A DNA stretch of 64,000 nucleotides from Pirellulales bacterium (GCA_963733035.1 CAVTBU010000005.1:1120001-1184000); one strand, 5' to 3'; positions 9,592 to 21,099 are shown, counted from the first letter of the stretch. The notes: generated by a model not told the origin, from the sequence alone. A program made the numbers and translations.

Positions 9592-11535
9592 ATGAATCCG
9601 CAAACCCAAGCCGAGCGGCACGGTGCGGCCGCCGACGATCAGGACCAGGACAACAAGGCATCCTTCGCCGAAACAGCGCTGAAGTTAGGCGGCAAGAGTG
9701 ACGACGAAGCCCGCCGGATGGGAGCCGTCGACAAGGCCGATGACCAGGTCGAGGAATTGTTCGCCAAGCGATTCCAGACGACCAACAGCCCGGTCCATCG
9801 AGCCATTTGGGACGGCGAAGTGCCGGTCGAACTGTTCCAAAGCAAGCAAGTCGCGCCGCCGGCCGAAGTGCAGCGCGTGATGGACGACTCGCTGAGCGTG
9901 ATGCGCAAGCACGTGGAAGCCGGCACGAACCTTGATGAGAATCGCAAGGTGCCGCAGCACGTTCTCGACGAACTAGGCGAGGCTGGCTACTGGGGTCTGT
10001 TGGTTGGCAAGGAATACGGCGGTGCGGGTTCGCCGTTCGCCGCGTTTGCAGGCTTTCTGACCAAGATGGCAATGGTCGACGCGACGGTTGCCGGCCTGGC
10101 CTCGGTTCACGGTTGTATTGGTGCCGTTGATCCGGTCCGCACCTTTGGCAGTGCTGAGCAAAAGCAAAAGTTTCTGCCCGACCTGGCCAGCGGCAAGCGC
10201 TTGAGCGCGTTCGCATTGACCGAACCGGGCGCCGGCTCGGACCTGACGGCACTGAAGACCGAAGCCGTGTTGGACGGCAACGAATACGTCGTCAACGGCG
10301 AAAAACTGTTCATCACGAACGTCGTTCCCGGACGGACGATTGGCCTGGTCTGTTTGATCAAAAACCGACCGGCGGTGCTGGTGGTCGACCTGCCGAAGGA
10401 AGAGAACGAGCAGTTCCAACTGCGAAAGTACGGCCTGTATGCCCTCAAGCACACGTACAATCAAGGGATCATTTTCAAAGACCTCCGCGTGCCGGCCGAG
10501 AATTTGTTGACGCCGACCCGCGGCGACGGGTTGACCATCGCCTACCACGGGCTGAACCTGGGCCGGATTTCGCTGTGTGCCAATGCCGCCGGCACGATGC
10601 GGATGATGATGGCCAGCATGATCCCGTGGGCGCAATACCGAAAGACCTACGGCGCCCCGATTGCTACCCGCGAACTGGTGCAACGGCGGTTGGGCAAGAT
10701 CGCCGGCCTGATCGTGGCCTGCGACGCGCTCGTGCAATGGGGCGGCAATCTGATCGACGAAGGCTACCGCGGCGAAATGGAGTGCGTGATCGCCAAGGTC
10801 TTTGGTAGCGAGGCTCAGAAAGAAGCGTCGATCGAGCTGTTGATGAAGACCCACGGCGGCCGCTCGTTCTTGCATGGCCACATTTTTGGCGACAACGTGC
10901 ACGAGTATCTGGCCCCCTGCATCTACGAGGGCGAAGGCGAAATGCTTTCGATGGCCTTCTTCAAATCGCTGGTCAAACAGCACGGTACGCAGTTCTTCGA
11001 ACCGGTTGGCAAGGCCCTGCAAGCCAACAAGATCAAGAAACCGAACCTGGCCAATCCGGCTCACTTGTGGGCGCTCAAGGGGGTGTTCGCCCCGTACGCC
11101 AAATGGCTGGCCGGGCAATACTTGAAGCCGAAGCCGCGAACAACGCTGCCGAGCATGCCAGAGAGCCTGCGCCGCCACGCGGAGTTCGCCTCCAGCTTCC
11201 TGCAGCGGTCGCCTCGGGAAATCTCGGGCACGATGAGCAAGCATCAGTTGGGCCTGGCCGACCGCCAGTGCCGGATGTCGGAACTCTCGCAGCGTTTGCA
11301 AGACGCCGTGACCATCCTCTGCACGTCGCTGTACGCGGCCAGGCAAAACGACGAGGTCATTCGCCAGGCGGCCGACGTGTTCTGCCAGGATCTGACTCGC
11401 AAGCTCACCGGCGAGCGCCCGTCGGATCGCTACTTCCGTACGATCACCAAGCTTGGCGAAACGATCGCCGACGGCGGATTCAAGAGCATCCAAGGCGTCC
11501 ACGCCGGCGAAATCATGATGCAGTACGACAGTTAG
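9592..11535 (+). CDS. Acyl-CoA dehydrogenase family protein
   Basis: FALTEPGAGSD, NGEKLFIT, IYEGEGE motifs; located in fad operon. Confidence 0.9.
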   Translation: MNPQTQAERHGAAADDQDQDNKASFAETALKLGGKSDDEARRMGAVDKADDQVEELFAKRFQTTNSPVHRAIWDGEVPVELFQSKQVAPPAEVQRVMDDSLSVMRKHVEAGTNLDENRKVPQHVLDELGEAGYWGLLVGKEYGGAGSPFAAFAGFLTKMAMVDATVAGLASVHGCIGAVDPVRTFGSAEQKQKFLPDLASGKRLSAFALTEPGAGSDLTALKTEAVLDGNEYVVNGEKLFITNVVPGRTIGLVCLIKNRPAVLVVDLPKEENEQFQLRKYGLYALKHTYNQGIIFKDLRVPAENLLTPTRGDGLTIAYHGLNLGRISLCANAAGTMRMMMASMIPWAQYRKTYGAPIATRELVQRRLGKIAGLIVACDALVQWGGNLIDEGYRGEMECVIAKVFGSEAQKEASIELLMKTHGGRSFLHGHIFGDNVHEYLAPCIYEGEGEMLSMAFFKSLVKQHGTQFFEPVGKALQANKIKKPNLANPAHLWALKGVFAPYAKWLAGQYLKPKPRTTLPSMPESLRRHAEFASSFLQRSPREISGTMSKHQLGLADRQCRMSELSQRLQDAVTILCTSLYAARQNDEVIRQAADVFCQDLTRKLTGERPSDRYFRTITKLGETIADGGFKSIQGVHAGEIMMQYDS

Positions 11536-11615
11536 CAAGTTGCGACGCGTTTGCGCTTAGGCCTGGGGAATACCTGCCCAAGGTTCGTCCTGTCGTAAGT
11601 GCTAGGAAACTCGAG

Positions 11616-11648
11616 CCGGGGGTGAAGCCCCAGAAGCTTCACCCCCGG
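11616..11648. repeat. Perfect 13-bp inverted repeat (hairpin; terminator or REP-like)
   Basis: CCGGGGGTGAAGC-cccagaa-GCTTCACCCCCGG. Confidence 0.7.
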
Positions 11649-11790
11649 TTTCCATTTTCCAACACTTTGGGCCGGGCATCGGCCAAACCGAGGCCAACTT
11701 GACGCCCTGCGACGAAATTCGACAATGAACCGTCGCACGTAATTTGGAGCGAGCGCAACGGCCTTAAATCGTCTGCAAAGGACTCTAGCG

Positions 11791-12532
11791 GTGGCAAAGT
11801 TCGCGGTCATCCTGCCGGCGGCTGGCCGAAGCAGCCGCTTTCACGACAAGAACTACAAGAAACCATTCGCGCCGCTGGCCAATAAGCCGGTGTGGTTGCA
11901 TTCGGCCGAGAAGTTCGTCAATCGCGCGGACGTAAAGCAAATCATGGTCGTCGTCTCGCCGGAGGATATGGAATATTTCCAGTTCAAATTCGCGGCCAAC
12001 ACAACCATCCTGGGCATCGACGTCGTCGAGGGAGGCGCGGAGCGGGCCGATTCGGTTTCGAAGGCACTGGCCCGCGTCAAGCCCGACATGGATTACGTGT
12101 GCATTCACGACGCCGCCCGTCCCTGTCTGGCCGACGAATGGATTACGGCCGTGTTCGAAGCGGCAGAGAAATCGGGCGCGGCGATTCTGCGCGATTCCGG
12201 TCGCTGGCACGCTCAAACGGGTGGGCCCGGATCACAAGATTCAGGAGACCGTTTCTCGAGTCGGTCTCTGGGAAGCTCAGACTCCGCAGGTATTCGCCCG
12301 TCAGCTGCTGCTGGAAGCCCATGCCAAGCGGGGCGACTTTCCGGCCACGGACGACGCTCAACTCGTCGAACGCATTGGCCAGGCGGTGACGGTCGTGCCC
12401 GGCTCGACGATCAACTTGAAGATCGCCACGCGCGAGGACTTGCGGCTGGCCGAACATGCGCTCAAAGCGCTGCCCAAGCCGAAGCTGAAGGGTAGCGGTC
12501 ACCCGTTTGCCGACGACGACATGTGGCGATAG
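11791..12532 (+). CDS. ispD: 2-C-methyl-D-erythritol 4-phosphate cytidylyltransferase, frameshifted near 12190
   Basis: PAAG.SSR, GGAERADSV, HDAARP in first frame; AQTPQVF, TDDAQLVE, NLKI in second frame. Confidence 0.9.
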
Positions 12533-12576
12533 GTCCGCGGGTCCGACAGATCTGCGTCCCCAGGAAAGGACACCCC

Positions 12577-13857
12577 TTGAACGACATCCTTGCCGAGCTG
12601 ACTTGGCGCGGTCTGATTCATCAGACGACCGACGAAAAACTGCAGGACTGGCTAAACGCCTCACCCCGCACGATTTATGCAGGCTTCGATCCGACGGCCG
12701 ACAGCCTGCACGTGGGGCACTTGATGGGACTGATGGTGCTCAGACGCTTTCAACGCGCGGGGCATCGACCCATCGCCCTGATCGGCGGAGCCACCGGCAT
12801 GATCGGCGATCCCAGCGGCAAAAGCGAGGAACGCAACCTGCTTTCGGTCGATGAGTTGCACGCCAACGTGGCCGCAATCGAGCTGCAGATGCGCAACCTG
12901 CTCGACTTTGACGCGTCACAGATTGGCGGCATCCTGGCCAACAATTTCGACTGGATGAGCCGCTTCGGCTACCTCGAATTCTTGCGCGACATCGGCAAGA
13001 ACTTTCCGGTCAACGTGATGCTGGCCAAGGACTCGGTCAAGAGCCGGCTTGGGCGCGACGATACCGGTTTGAGCTACACCGAGTTTAGCTACATGCTGCT
13101 GCAGGCGTATGACTTCGTTCGCCTGCACGACACGTTCGGATGCGATTTGCAGGTGGGCGGCAGCGACCAGTGGGGAAATATCACGGCCGGTATCGACCTG
13201 GCCCGGCGGATGAAGGGTGTGCAATTGTATGGCCTCACCTGGCCGTTGTTGACCAAGAGCGATGGCAACAAGATGGGCAAGACCGAGAGCGGCGCCGTCT
13301 GGCTTTCGGCCGAGCGTACGAGCCCTTACGCCTTCTATCAGTATTGGATCAACGTTGACGACGCCGACGCCGGAAAATGTCTGCGATTTCTCACCGAATT
13401 GAGCCGCGAGGAAGTCGAGTCGCTGGACGCCGCGCGGGCCGAAAACCCCGGGCAGCGAGAGAGTCAGCGGCGGCTGGCCGAGGCGCTGACTCGCATGATT
13501 CACGGCGACGACGGATTGGCAACGGCCCGGCGAGCCACGGAGATCTTTTTCGGTGCCGAGATCGCCGAGTTGTCGGACGTTCAGCTCGGCGAGATCTTCG
13601 CCGACGTGCCTAGCTGTGAACTGCCGAGAACTCGTCTCGACGGCGACGGCCTGCTGATGGTCGATGCGCTGGTGGAAGCCGGCCTGGCCAAAAGTAAGAG
13701 CGAAGCCCGCCGAACGGTCGACCAGGGAGGCGCGTACGTCAACAACCGCCGCGTCGATGGCCCCGACACCAGGCTCACCGTAACGGACCTGGCCAGCGAA
13801 ACCGTGTTGGTTCTCCGTAGCGGCAAGAAGAAATACGCGTTGCTGCGATTCGCGTAG
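12577..13857 (+). CDS. tyrS: Tyrosine--tRNA ligase
   Basis: GFDPTADSLHVGH, GGSDQWGNI, KMGKT, C-terminal S4 domain; TTG start after AGGAAAGGA. Confidence 0.97.
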   Translation: MNDILAELTWRGLIHQTTDEKLQDWLNASPRTIYAGFDPTADSLHVGHLMGLMVLRRFQRAGHRPIALIGGATGMIGDPSGKSEERNLLSVDELHANVAAIELQMRNLLDFDASQIGGILANNFDWMSRFGYLEFLRDIGKNFPVNVMLAKDSVKSRLGRDDTGLSYTEFSYMLLQAYDFVRLHDTFGCDLQVGGSDQWGNITAGIDLARRMKGVQLYGLTWPLLTKSDGNKMGKTESGAVWLSAERTSPYAFYQYWINVDDADAGKCLRFLTELSREEVESLDAARAENPGQRESQRRLAEALTRMIHGDDGLATARRATEIFFGAEIAELSDVQLGEIFADVPSCELPRTRLDGDGLLMVDALVEAGLAKSKSEARRTVDQGGAYVNNRRVDGPDTRLTVTDLASETVLVLRSGKKKYALLRFA

Positions 13858-13876
13858 GAATCAGAAGCCGCGCGCG

Positions 13877-14281
13877 CTACGGTCGCTTCTCCGCACCTTG
13901 AGGCGGATACGATTGCTGCTTCGCAAACGCGCCTCGGGCCGCGATCATAAGTGCCCCAAACAACAGCGAGCTGAACAGGATCGCCGCCCCCAAGAGCATT
14001 TGGAAGTGGTCGCGCATGAGCACCAGCGCCGGCGGCTCGGTCGACTTTGGCGGACGCCGGCGCACCGGCAAATCGTTGCTCTGATTTGGCTCCGACTTGC
14101 GCCAAGCCTCCCAATCGGCCTGTGCCTGGTCCGTGCCCATGGTGGTCAGTGCCGCTTGACGGGCTTGAAACATCGCGACAACAACCGTGACCAGTATCAG
14201 GACATAGGCGACCAACCAGGCCCAACTGCCACGGCTGCGAAGTGTTCTTGTGGTCGGACCTGCGTGGTTTTCGGTCGTCAT
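13877..14281 (-). CDS. Hypothetical two-TM membrane protein
   Basis: Two hydrophobic segments; 4-bp overlap with upstream amidohydrolase stop. Confidence 0.7.
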   Translation of the reverse strand: MTTENHAGPTTRTLRSRGSWAWLVAYVLILVTVVVAMFQARQAALTTMGTDQAQADWEAWRKSEPNQSNDLPVRRRPPKSTEPPALVLMRDHFQMLLGAAILFSSLLFGALMIAARGAFAKQQSYPPQGAEKRP

Positions 14282-15585
14282 TTCTGCGGCGGCAATAAGT
14301 CGAGCACGGCGGTGGTCATGGCCGTAATGCCCGTTTGCAGTGTGGGTTCTGGATCGGGATAGTAGACCGCCGAATGGAGCGAGGGAACGGCCCCGGTGCG
14401 CTGATAGCCGGCTAGTCGCTGCGGCTCGACCGATCCGAGTCGGAACATGAAGATCGGCACACCGGCCCGACCGTAACGGCTGAAGTCCTCGCCCCCCATG
14501 GCCGGCTCGGCCAGTACCACATTTTCCGCCCCGATGGCTTTCTTAAGCGACGGCAGCACACGTTCGACCAGTTTCTCGTCGTTGAACAGCGCTGGTGTAA
14601 ATTCCTCCTCGCGCACCTTGACGGTGGGCTTGGGGGCGTTGGCTCCTTGAGCAACGGCTTCCGCCTTGCGACGGATTCCATCCAAGAGTGATCTGCGGAC
14701 TTCGTCGCTGTAGCTCCGCACGGTGAGCTGCAAGTGACAGTCGTCGGGAATGACGTTGTGCTTTGTGCCACCATGGATTGAACCGACCGTCACCACGCCC
14801 GGCGTCACCGGATCCAGTTCGCGACTCACCAGGGTTTGCAGTGAGACGATCAATTGAGCGGCTTGGACAATGGGGTCGATGGTGCTGTGCGGCGACGCGC
14901 CGTGTCCGCCACGACCGTGCATGGTAATGTCCACGCTGTCGACGTTGGCCAACGTGTAACCCGGGCGATAGGCAATCTTGCCGGCGGCCAGCGTGGCATC
15001 GACGTGCAGAGCCAGCGCCATGTCGGGCTTGGGAAATTTTTCGAACAGCCCTTCGGCCAGCATGCGCCGCGCCCCCTCGCCCCGCTCTTCGGCCGGTTGA
15101 CCGACGAACAGGATCGTGCCCGACCAATCGCTTTTGTGGCTCGCCAGATACTGGGCCACGCCGATCAAATTCGTGATGTGGATGTCGTGACCGCAAGCAT
15201 GCATCACTCCGGTCTGCGTGCCGTCGGCGTTCACGACCTTGACTTGCGAGCCGTAGACCAATCCGGTGTTCTCCGTGACGGGCAGCGCATCGAGGTCGGT
15301 ACGCAGCATCAACGTTGGACCGGGGCCGTTCTTCAGGATGCCGACCACGCCATGGCCACCGACACCGGAGTGCACTTCGCAGCCGGCTTGTTTGAGGAAG
15401 TTGGCAAGTTTCGCCGCCGTCTCCTCTTCGCGATTCGAAAGTTCCGGAGAGCGATGATAGTCGCAATACACGTCGACCAACTCGGGGAGATGCGACTTCG
15501 CCCATTCTGCGGGTGAGCCGGCCCACGCCGCTTGGCATGCAGCGACCACCAACCATCCCCAGGCGACTAGCGAGCAACGGAGCAT
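14278..15585 (-). CDS. M20D family amidohydrolase (secreted)
   Basis: PELS, RTDLDALP, MHACGHD, QPAEE, GGEDF motifs. Confidence 0.92.
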   Translation of the reverse strand: MLRCSLVAWGWLVVAACQAAWAGSPAEWAKSHLPELVDVYCDYHRSPELSNREEETAAKLANFLKQAGCEVHSGVGGHGVVGILKNGPGPTLMLRTDLDALPVTENTGLVYGSQVKVVNADGTQTGVMHACGHDIHITNLIGVAQYLASHKSDWSGTILFVGQPAEERGEGARRMLAEGLFEKFPKPDMALALHVDATLAAGKIAYRPGYTLANVDSVDITMHGRGGHGASPHSTIDPIVQAAQLIVSLQTLVSRELDPVTPGVVTVGSIHGGTKHNVIPDDCHLQLTVRSYSDEVRRSLLDGIRRKAEAVAQGANAPKPTVKVREEEFTPALFNDEKLVERVLPSLKKAIGAENVVLAEPAMGGEDFSRYGRAGVPIFMFRLGSVEPQRLAGYQRTGAVPSLHSAVYYPDPEPTLQTGITAMTTAVLDLLPPQK

Positions 15586-15658
15586 GAGTTACCCTCCCGC
15601 AATGCGATCGATGGTGCAAAGCCCTGGCTGCGCCGCGAGGCGGCGCCCGCCGGTAATT

Positions 15659-16330
15659 CTACATTACGGTGGCAGGAGAATCAGGCGGCGCCGGGCGTCC
15701 CAGCCCGTATTCAGGCCATTTGCCGTCGATGAGGATTCGCTCGACCAACGGCAATAGTTCCGCAACCGCCCGCGTGCGGTGGCTGAGCACGGCTTTGACC
15801 GCCTCTCCGAGTTCGCCGAACGTGCGGTGATATTCCACCACTTCGAAGAGCGGATCATAACCAAAGCCGGCACTGCCGGACGGCTCGAGGCGAATTCGTC
15901 CCCGGCAAACACCGCCGCCTTCGGCACGGATGGTTCCCTGCGGGTCCGAGAGAGCCAAACGGCAGGTGTAGTATGCCGTGCGTCGCGAGAGTGGCGTGTC
16001 GCCCAACTCCTCGAGCAACCGGTTGTTGTTACGCTCGTCGGTTGCGCCGACACCAGCGTAGCGAGCCGAGAAGACCCCTGGCCTTCCGTCGAGCATGTCG
16101 ATCGAAATGCCGCTGTCCTCGCCCAATGTCCAAGCTCGCAGTTGTCGAGCCTGCTGTCGGGCTTTTAGACATGCATTGGCCGCGAAGGTGTCGCCCGTCT
16201 CTTCAACTTCCAGTGCGTTTCGATAGTCGGCCAGGGCCGTGATTCGCAGAGGCAGCGGGGAGAGCAAGTCGACGAGCTCGCGCACCTTGCCGCGGTTGTG
16301 GGTGCCCAAAACCAGCACATCGTCCGCCAT
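15659..16330 (-). CDS. rdgB: Non-canonical purine NTP pyrophosphatase (RdgB/HAM1)
   Basis: GTHNRGK, EDSG, PGVFSAR, GFGYDPLF, SHR motifs. Confidence 0.93.
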   Translation of the reverse strand: MADDVLVLGTHNRGKVRELVDLLSPLPLRITALADYRNALEVEETGDTFAANACLKARQQARQLRAWTLGEDSGISIDMLDGRPGVFSARYAGVGATDERNNNRLLEELGDTPLSRRTAYYTCRLALSDPQGTIRAEGGGVCRGRIRLEPSGSAGFGYDPLFEVVEYHRTFGELGEAVKAVLSHRTRAVAELLPLVERILIDGKWPEYGLGRPAPPDSPATVM

Positions 16331-16405
16331 ACCGTTCGTACCCAGCCAATAGGCGATGCTTACGGGAAAGCGAGCATCGTAGCCGGCATGGACGGTTGGC
16401 CGCAA

Positions 16406-17536
16406 CTACCGCGCGGCCGTGTGATCGTAGGCGTTGCTAATGCCCATCCGCGGCACTTCGACCGGCACGGGTGAAATGTCGAAGGGAATGCCGGCCAGCT
16501 TCTTCGGTTGGCCTACCTGGGGTGGTTTGCCAGGCTCGATTGTCGTTTCGGCGCCGAAGGTCTTCATGACGGAGTGGACCGCGGGGTTGATCTCAATCTT
16601 GCCATCCGGGCGTTTGGTTCCCACGGAATTAAACGAGCCGACCGTCACGATGCTCGAATGCCGATCGTGAAACTCGTAGGCGGGGTAGCCCTTCTTGCAG
16701 AGCGCCTCGGTTAGAATGTGGGCGTTCTTGGCGGCTTCTTCCAGGAAGCTTTTGGGCATCTCGCCGCGGTCGATGGCATCCTGTCGCTTCTTGTCCAAGA
16801 TGATCGAATGCCCGGTAAACGTGGCGACCTTGACGGTGTAGGCGCCGGGGCAGTCGAGCAAGCTGTGCGGTACGCCGCTGTTCATTTCCACGACAAGTCT
16901 GTCGACGCCGTTCGGCACAAAGTATTCCGGAGGCAAAATCGGATTCGTGATCACGAACGCATTCGCCATCGGACCATTTGGTCCGTCATCCTTAAACAGG
17001 GCCTGCTTGGCTTTCTTTTGCAGATTGCGGTACGTTGCCAACGCCTGATTGGACTGCTCGGGATCAACTTGCAGTGTTTTTGGTGAAGCGCGTTTGAGCT
17101 TCTTGAGCACCTTCTGAACTTCCGGATCGTCCACGGTCTGAAAGTCGCCTACCAAGACGGCGATTTCGACGACGTCGTCGTCGCGGCGATAACGCATTAG
17201 CGGAGCTTCGCCCTTGGGGTTGAGACCTTTGCCCCGCACCGGCTTCGAGTACTCGAAGGTTTTGCGGTAGGAGTAGGCCGGCAACTTGAAGTCCGAGCGA
17301 AGCTCGTGAATCAACTTCTGCGCCTGGTCCTCGGCTCCGTCGCCAGAAAAGCTTGCCGCCATGATCATCCAGGGCCCGTTCGTGTCGGTAATTGGATAAA
17401 GTTGGTCGGGATCGGCCGACAAATGCCGAAACAAAACCAACTTGCTCCACGGCGGTGCCGCCTTGGCGCGGCCGGGACCGGCCACCGCCAGCAGGGTGCT
17501 GAGAACGACGAGCCACGAAAAGGATCTGGCTTGCAT
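16406..17536 (-). CDS. Secreted hypothetical protein (planctomycete-type)
   Basis: Signal peptide, long ORF co-oriented with neighbours. Confidence 0.7.
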   Translation of the reverse strand: MQARSFSWLVVLSTLLAVAGPGRAKAAPPWSKLVLFRHLSADPDQLYPITDTNGPWMIMAASFSGDGAEDQAQKLIHELRSDFKLPAYSYRKTFEYSKPVRGKGLNPKGEAPLMRYRRDDDVVEIAVLVGDFQTVDDPEVQKVLKKLKRASPKTLQVDPEQSNQALATYRNLQKKAKQALFKDDGPNGPMANAFVITNPILPPEYFVPNGVDRLVVEMNSGVPHSLLDCPGAYTVKVATFTGHSIILDKKRQDAIDRGEMPKSFLEEAAKNAHILTEALCKKGYPAYEFHDRHSSIVTVGSFNSVGTKRPDGKIEINPAVHSVMKTFGAETTIEPGKPPQVGQPKKLAGIPFDISPVPVEVPRMGISNAYDHTAAR

Positions 17537-17736
17537 AACCACTCCCTGGCAACTTGCACGCGCAGGCATCCCGCCCGAGCGTTGTGCGAAAACTGCAATG
17601 CGATGTGAAACGAACCGACCGGCCTCGAAAGACACGAGACGCCGTGGATGTGAGGGCGGGAGTCTAGCAAACGCGCCGGGGCGTCGCCAGACGGGATTCA
17701 CAGTTCCGGACCGAACCGTTGCCAGCAGTCGCTAAG

Positions 17737-19010
17737 TCAAGACGACGACTGCGCTTGGATCATTCCGTCGACCACCGACCCGGCCGTCAGCCCAACCAAT
17801 TGGCCAACCAGGTCGGTGCCGCCCATCAACGATACGGGCGCGTAGCGACAGGCGGTGCCGACCAGTCCCGGGGGACTGCTTGCCGCGGATTCGACCAATA
17901 CTTCGAGTTGTCTGCCAAGCAGGCTGGAAAAATAGCGCTGGCGGAGCCGCGACTCGACCTCGGCCAGTGCGCGAACCCGTCCGGATTTCACGTCAGGAGC
18001 AACCTGATCGGTCATTTCCGCGGCTGGCGTGCCGCGCCGGGCGTGAAGGGGAAGATATGAATCTTCGAGAAGCCGACCTCTTCACAGACCGCGCAGGTGT
18101 CATCAAAGTCGCGCTGCGTTTCACCAGGAAAGCCCACGATCACGTCGGTCGTCAACGCCGGGGCGTCCAGCGCCTCTTTGACGAGCTGGCAGCGGTCCAG
18201 AAACCGCTGGCGACCCCAGCGGCGTCGCATCCGGCGTAGCACATCGTCCGAACCGCTTTGCATTGAAACATGCAGGTGAGGACAGATACGCGCTGGATTG
18301 GCCGCCATCACGGCGATGAGTTTGCGCGTGACTTCCGTGGCTTCGATGCTGCTTAGCCGGAGGCGAAATTGTCCGGGCAAGCCGACAAGACGCTCGAGCA
18401 GATGCGAAAGTCGACACCAATCGCCTTTTGATCGGCCACGACTCCATTCGACGCCGTAGTGGCCCAGATGGATTCCGGTGAGCACGACTTCGCGATAACC
18501 GCCGGCGACCAGGCGGCGGACTTCGTCTTCGATGTGCTCGACCGGTCGACTTGCTAAATGCGGCCTGACGCTGGGAATAATGCAAAAGCTGCAGTTGAGC
18601 AGGCAGCCATCCTGAACCTTGACGTATGCCCGCTGGCGGCCGCCGAAGCCGGAAATGCCCGTCGGAACATCGGCCACGCCCCAGCGACCAAGCCAATCGG
18701 GCAGCTCGCGTTTATCGGTAATGACCTCGGTGACGGCCGGCAAGGCGGCTACTTCGTCGGGCGCTCGCGTGGCATAGCAGCCCATCACGACAATTCGCGT
18801 GCCGGGATTGCGTCGTGCCAGTTGACGGATGACCTGGCGACTTTTGGAATCCCCTTCCGCGGTCACGGTGCAGGTGTTGACGATGCAGAGTTCGGCCGTT
18901 TCGCCGTCGTCGACATCGCGATATCCGGCCGTGGCGAGCGACTGGCGCACCAGTTCGGTTTCGTACTGGTTTACCTTGCAGCCGAGAGTGACGGTGCGGA
19001 GCGTGGTCAT
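17737..19010 (-). CDS. mtaB: tRNA t6A37 methylthiotransferase, frameshifted near 18040
   Basis: TLGCKVNQYE, NTCTVT, KVQDGC...CSFC, D.IVGFPGET; C-terminal TRAM-like part in ORF 17737-18015. Confidence 0.9.
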
Positions 19011-19129
19011 GTTTCGCAAAATGCAGGGAACGAATGGCAGGGATTCAGCGTAGGAACTACCGCCCGAACACGCAACCGGGTGATAAAGCGCCAGAGGCTA
19101 AAACCGTCGTGGTGGTCGCAACGGCGCCA

Positions 19130-19489
19130 CTACTCAGGCAGCGGCTCGATGCTGGCCGACATCGAACCCTGGCAAGTGGCAATCAACGGGTCCTTGCCAA
19201 AGGCATGGATTTGATCGCGCTTCAATTCCGCGTGCTCCTTGGTCGTCGTGAGCACGATCGCCCGGCCGCGACCGTCGACTTCCTGGGCGATTTGCATCCC
19301 CTTCTCGACCGGATGGCCGAATAGCTTTTGCATCATGGCCACGACGTATTCCGGTGTATGGTCCTGATCGTCCCACAGGATCACGTTGTAACGCGGCTGA
19401 CGCTTTGGTTTCTTCTTGCGATCATCGCGTGGTTTGACGGCGGTCTGCTCGACGGGTTCGGCAACGCCGCTGGTCGATTGCTCTGCCAC
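19130..19489 (-). CDS. clpS: ATP-dependent Clp protease adaptor
   Basis: YNVILWDDQDHT.EYV, G.AIV motifs. Confidence 0.9.
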   Translation of the reverse strand: MAEQSTSGVAEPVEQTAVKPRDDRKKKPKRQPRYNVILWDDQDHTPEYVVAMMQKLFGHPVEKGMQIAQEVDGRGRAIVLTTTKEHAELKRDQIHAFGKDPLIATCQGSMSASIEPLPE

Positions 19490-19657
19490 GGTTCCGTACC
19501 TCGCTCAACTAGCCGCCGGCCGATTTCTCGAGCCACGATAGCCGAATCGGCCCGGAGCCATTATATTGCAGGGCCGCCAAGAGGGCGAGTGAAACGGAAA
19601 GCGGGGTGGCGGCAGGAGTTGAGCGCTGCCGGCAGGATCGCACGCGGGAGTGCAAGC

Positions 19658-21034
19658 ATGAGCCGAATCGACGACTATCTCGAGCGAAATCGCGACCGCC
19701 AGGTGGAGGAGCTGAAGGAACTGCTGCGGATCCCCAGCGTCAGCGCCGACAGCGCTCACCGAGACGACATGCGTCGCGCGGCCGAATGGGTCGCCGACCA
19801 GTTCCGCCGCCTGAAGCTTCCGGTGGACGTGGTACCAACGGCCGGGCACCCGATCGTCTGTGCCCAGACGCCGCCCGTGCCGGGCGCGCCCGTCGTGCTG
19901 GTATACGGCCACTATGACGTTCAACCCCCCGATCCGCTGAGCGAATGGCATACGCCGCCGTTTGAGCCGACGATTCGCGACGGCAACATCTACGCCCGGG
20001 GCGCTACCGACGACAAGGGGCAGATGTTCACACATCTGAAAAGCACGGAGGCCTGGATCGAAACGGAAGGGCGGTTGCCGTTGCAGCTGAAGTTTCTGAT
20101 CGAGGGGGAAGAGGAGGTCGGCAGCGCCAATCTCGATTTGTTCATTGAACAGAACAAAGATCGACTGGCCTGCGATGTCGTGGTGATCAGCGACACCTGC
20201 CAGTTCGGCCCCGGCCAGCCGGCCATCACGTATGGTCTGCGGGGAATCTCTTACTATGAACTCCGGCTCACCGGCCCAAAGCAGGATTTGCATTCGGGCA
20301 CATTCGGCGGGGCCGTGGCGAATCCGGCCAACGTGCTGGTTTCGATGCTGGCCGGACTGGTTAACGAGCAAGGGCAAATCCAGGTGCCGGGTTTCTACGA
20401 CGACGTCGAGCCGTTGACGCCGCGCGAGCGGGCCGAATTCGCCAAGTTGCCGTTCGACGAGGCGGAGTTCATGCGGAAGATCGGCGTCGACGGCCTCCGC
20501 GGCGAAGAAGGATACTCGACGCTCGAACGGCGCCGGGCGCGGCCAACGTGCGACATTAACGGCCTCTGGAGTGGCTATCAAGGCGAAGGCGCCAAGACGG
20601 TGCTACCCGCTCGGGCCGGCGCCAAATTCAGTTTTCGTTTGGTGCCTAACCAAGATCCAAAAAAGCTCTCCGCTTCGCTGGAAAGCTGGCTCCGCAAGCG
20701 GTGCCCTGCGGGAATCAAGCTGGAACTGATCGACTTTCACGGCGCGCCGGGAGTTGTCGTGCCGCTGGAAAGTCCGTACGTCGCGGCGGCCACCCAGGCG
20801 ATTACGGAAGGTTTCGGCAAACGGCCGGTGTTCATGCGGGAAGGCGGATCGATTCCGGTGGTGGCAACCTTTCACGACTTGTTGGGAGTCGATACGCTGC
20901 TCTTGGGTTGGGGACTCGACGACGACAACACGCATAGCCCCAACGAAAAGTTTTCGGTCGCCGACTTCCACCGGGGCATCAAGGCCAGCGCGCACCTCTG
21001 GCAACACCTCGGCGCGCTTAAGAACAAGGCCTGA
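19658..21034 (+). CDS. M20 family dipeptidase
   Basis: YGHYDVQP, RGATDDKGQ, EGEEE, DLHSG, HSPNE motifs. Confidence 0.93.
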   Translation: MSRIDDYLERNRDRQVEELKELLRIPSVSADSAHRDDMRRAAEWVADQFRRLKLPVDVVPTAGHPIVCAQTPPVPGAPVVLVYGHYDVQPPDPLSEWHTPPFEPTIRDGNIYARGATDDKGQMFTHLKSTEAWIETEGRLPLQLKFLIEGEEEVGSANLDLFIEQNKDRLACDVVVISDTCQFGPGQPAITYGLRGISYYELRLTGPKQDLHSGTFGGAVANPANVLVSMLAGLVNEQGQIQVPGFYDDVEPLTPRERAEFAKLPFDEAEFMRKIGVDGLRGEEGYSTLERRRARPTCDINGLWSGYQGEGAKTVLPARAGAKFSFRLVPNQDPKKLSASLESWLRKRCPAGIKLELIDFHGAPGVVVPLESPYVAAATQAITEGFGKRPVFMREGGSIPVVATFHDLLGVDTLLLGWGLDDDNTHSPNEKFSVADFHRGIKASAHLWQHLGALKNKA

Positions 21035-21099
21035 CGTCGCCACTCGCTACGCTGCGTTTTAGAGGCCATCCATCCGTACCACTCTATTTTGTTTACATC

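Noticed and set aside
6374..11538. Long antisense ORFs (6374-7750, 7789-9501, 9973-11538; also 24799-26613 and others)
   Set aside because: Shadow ORFs opposite well-supported genes, expected in high-GC DNA
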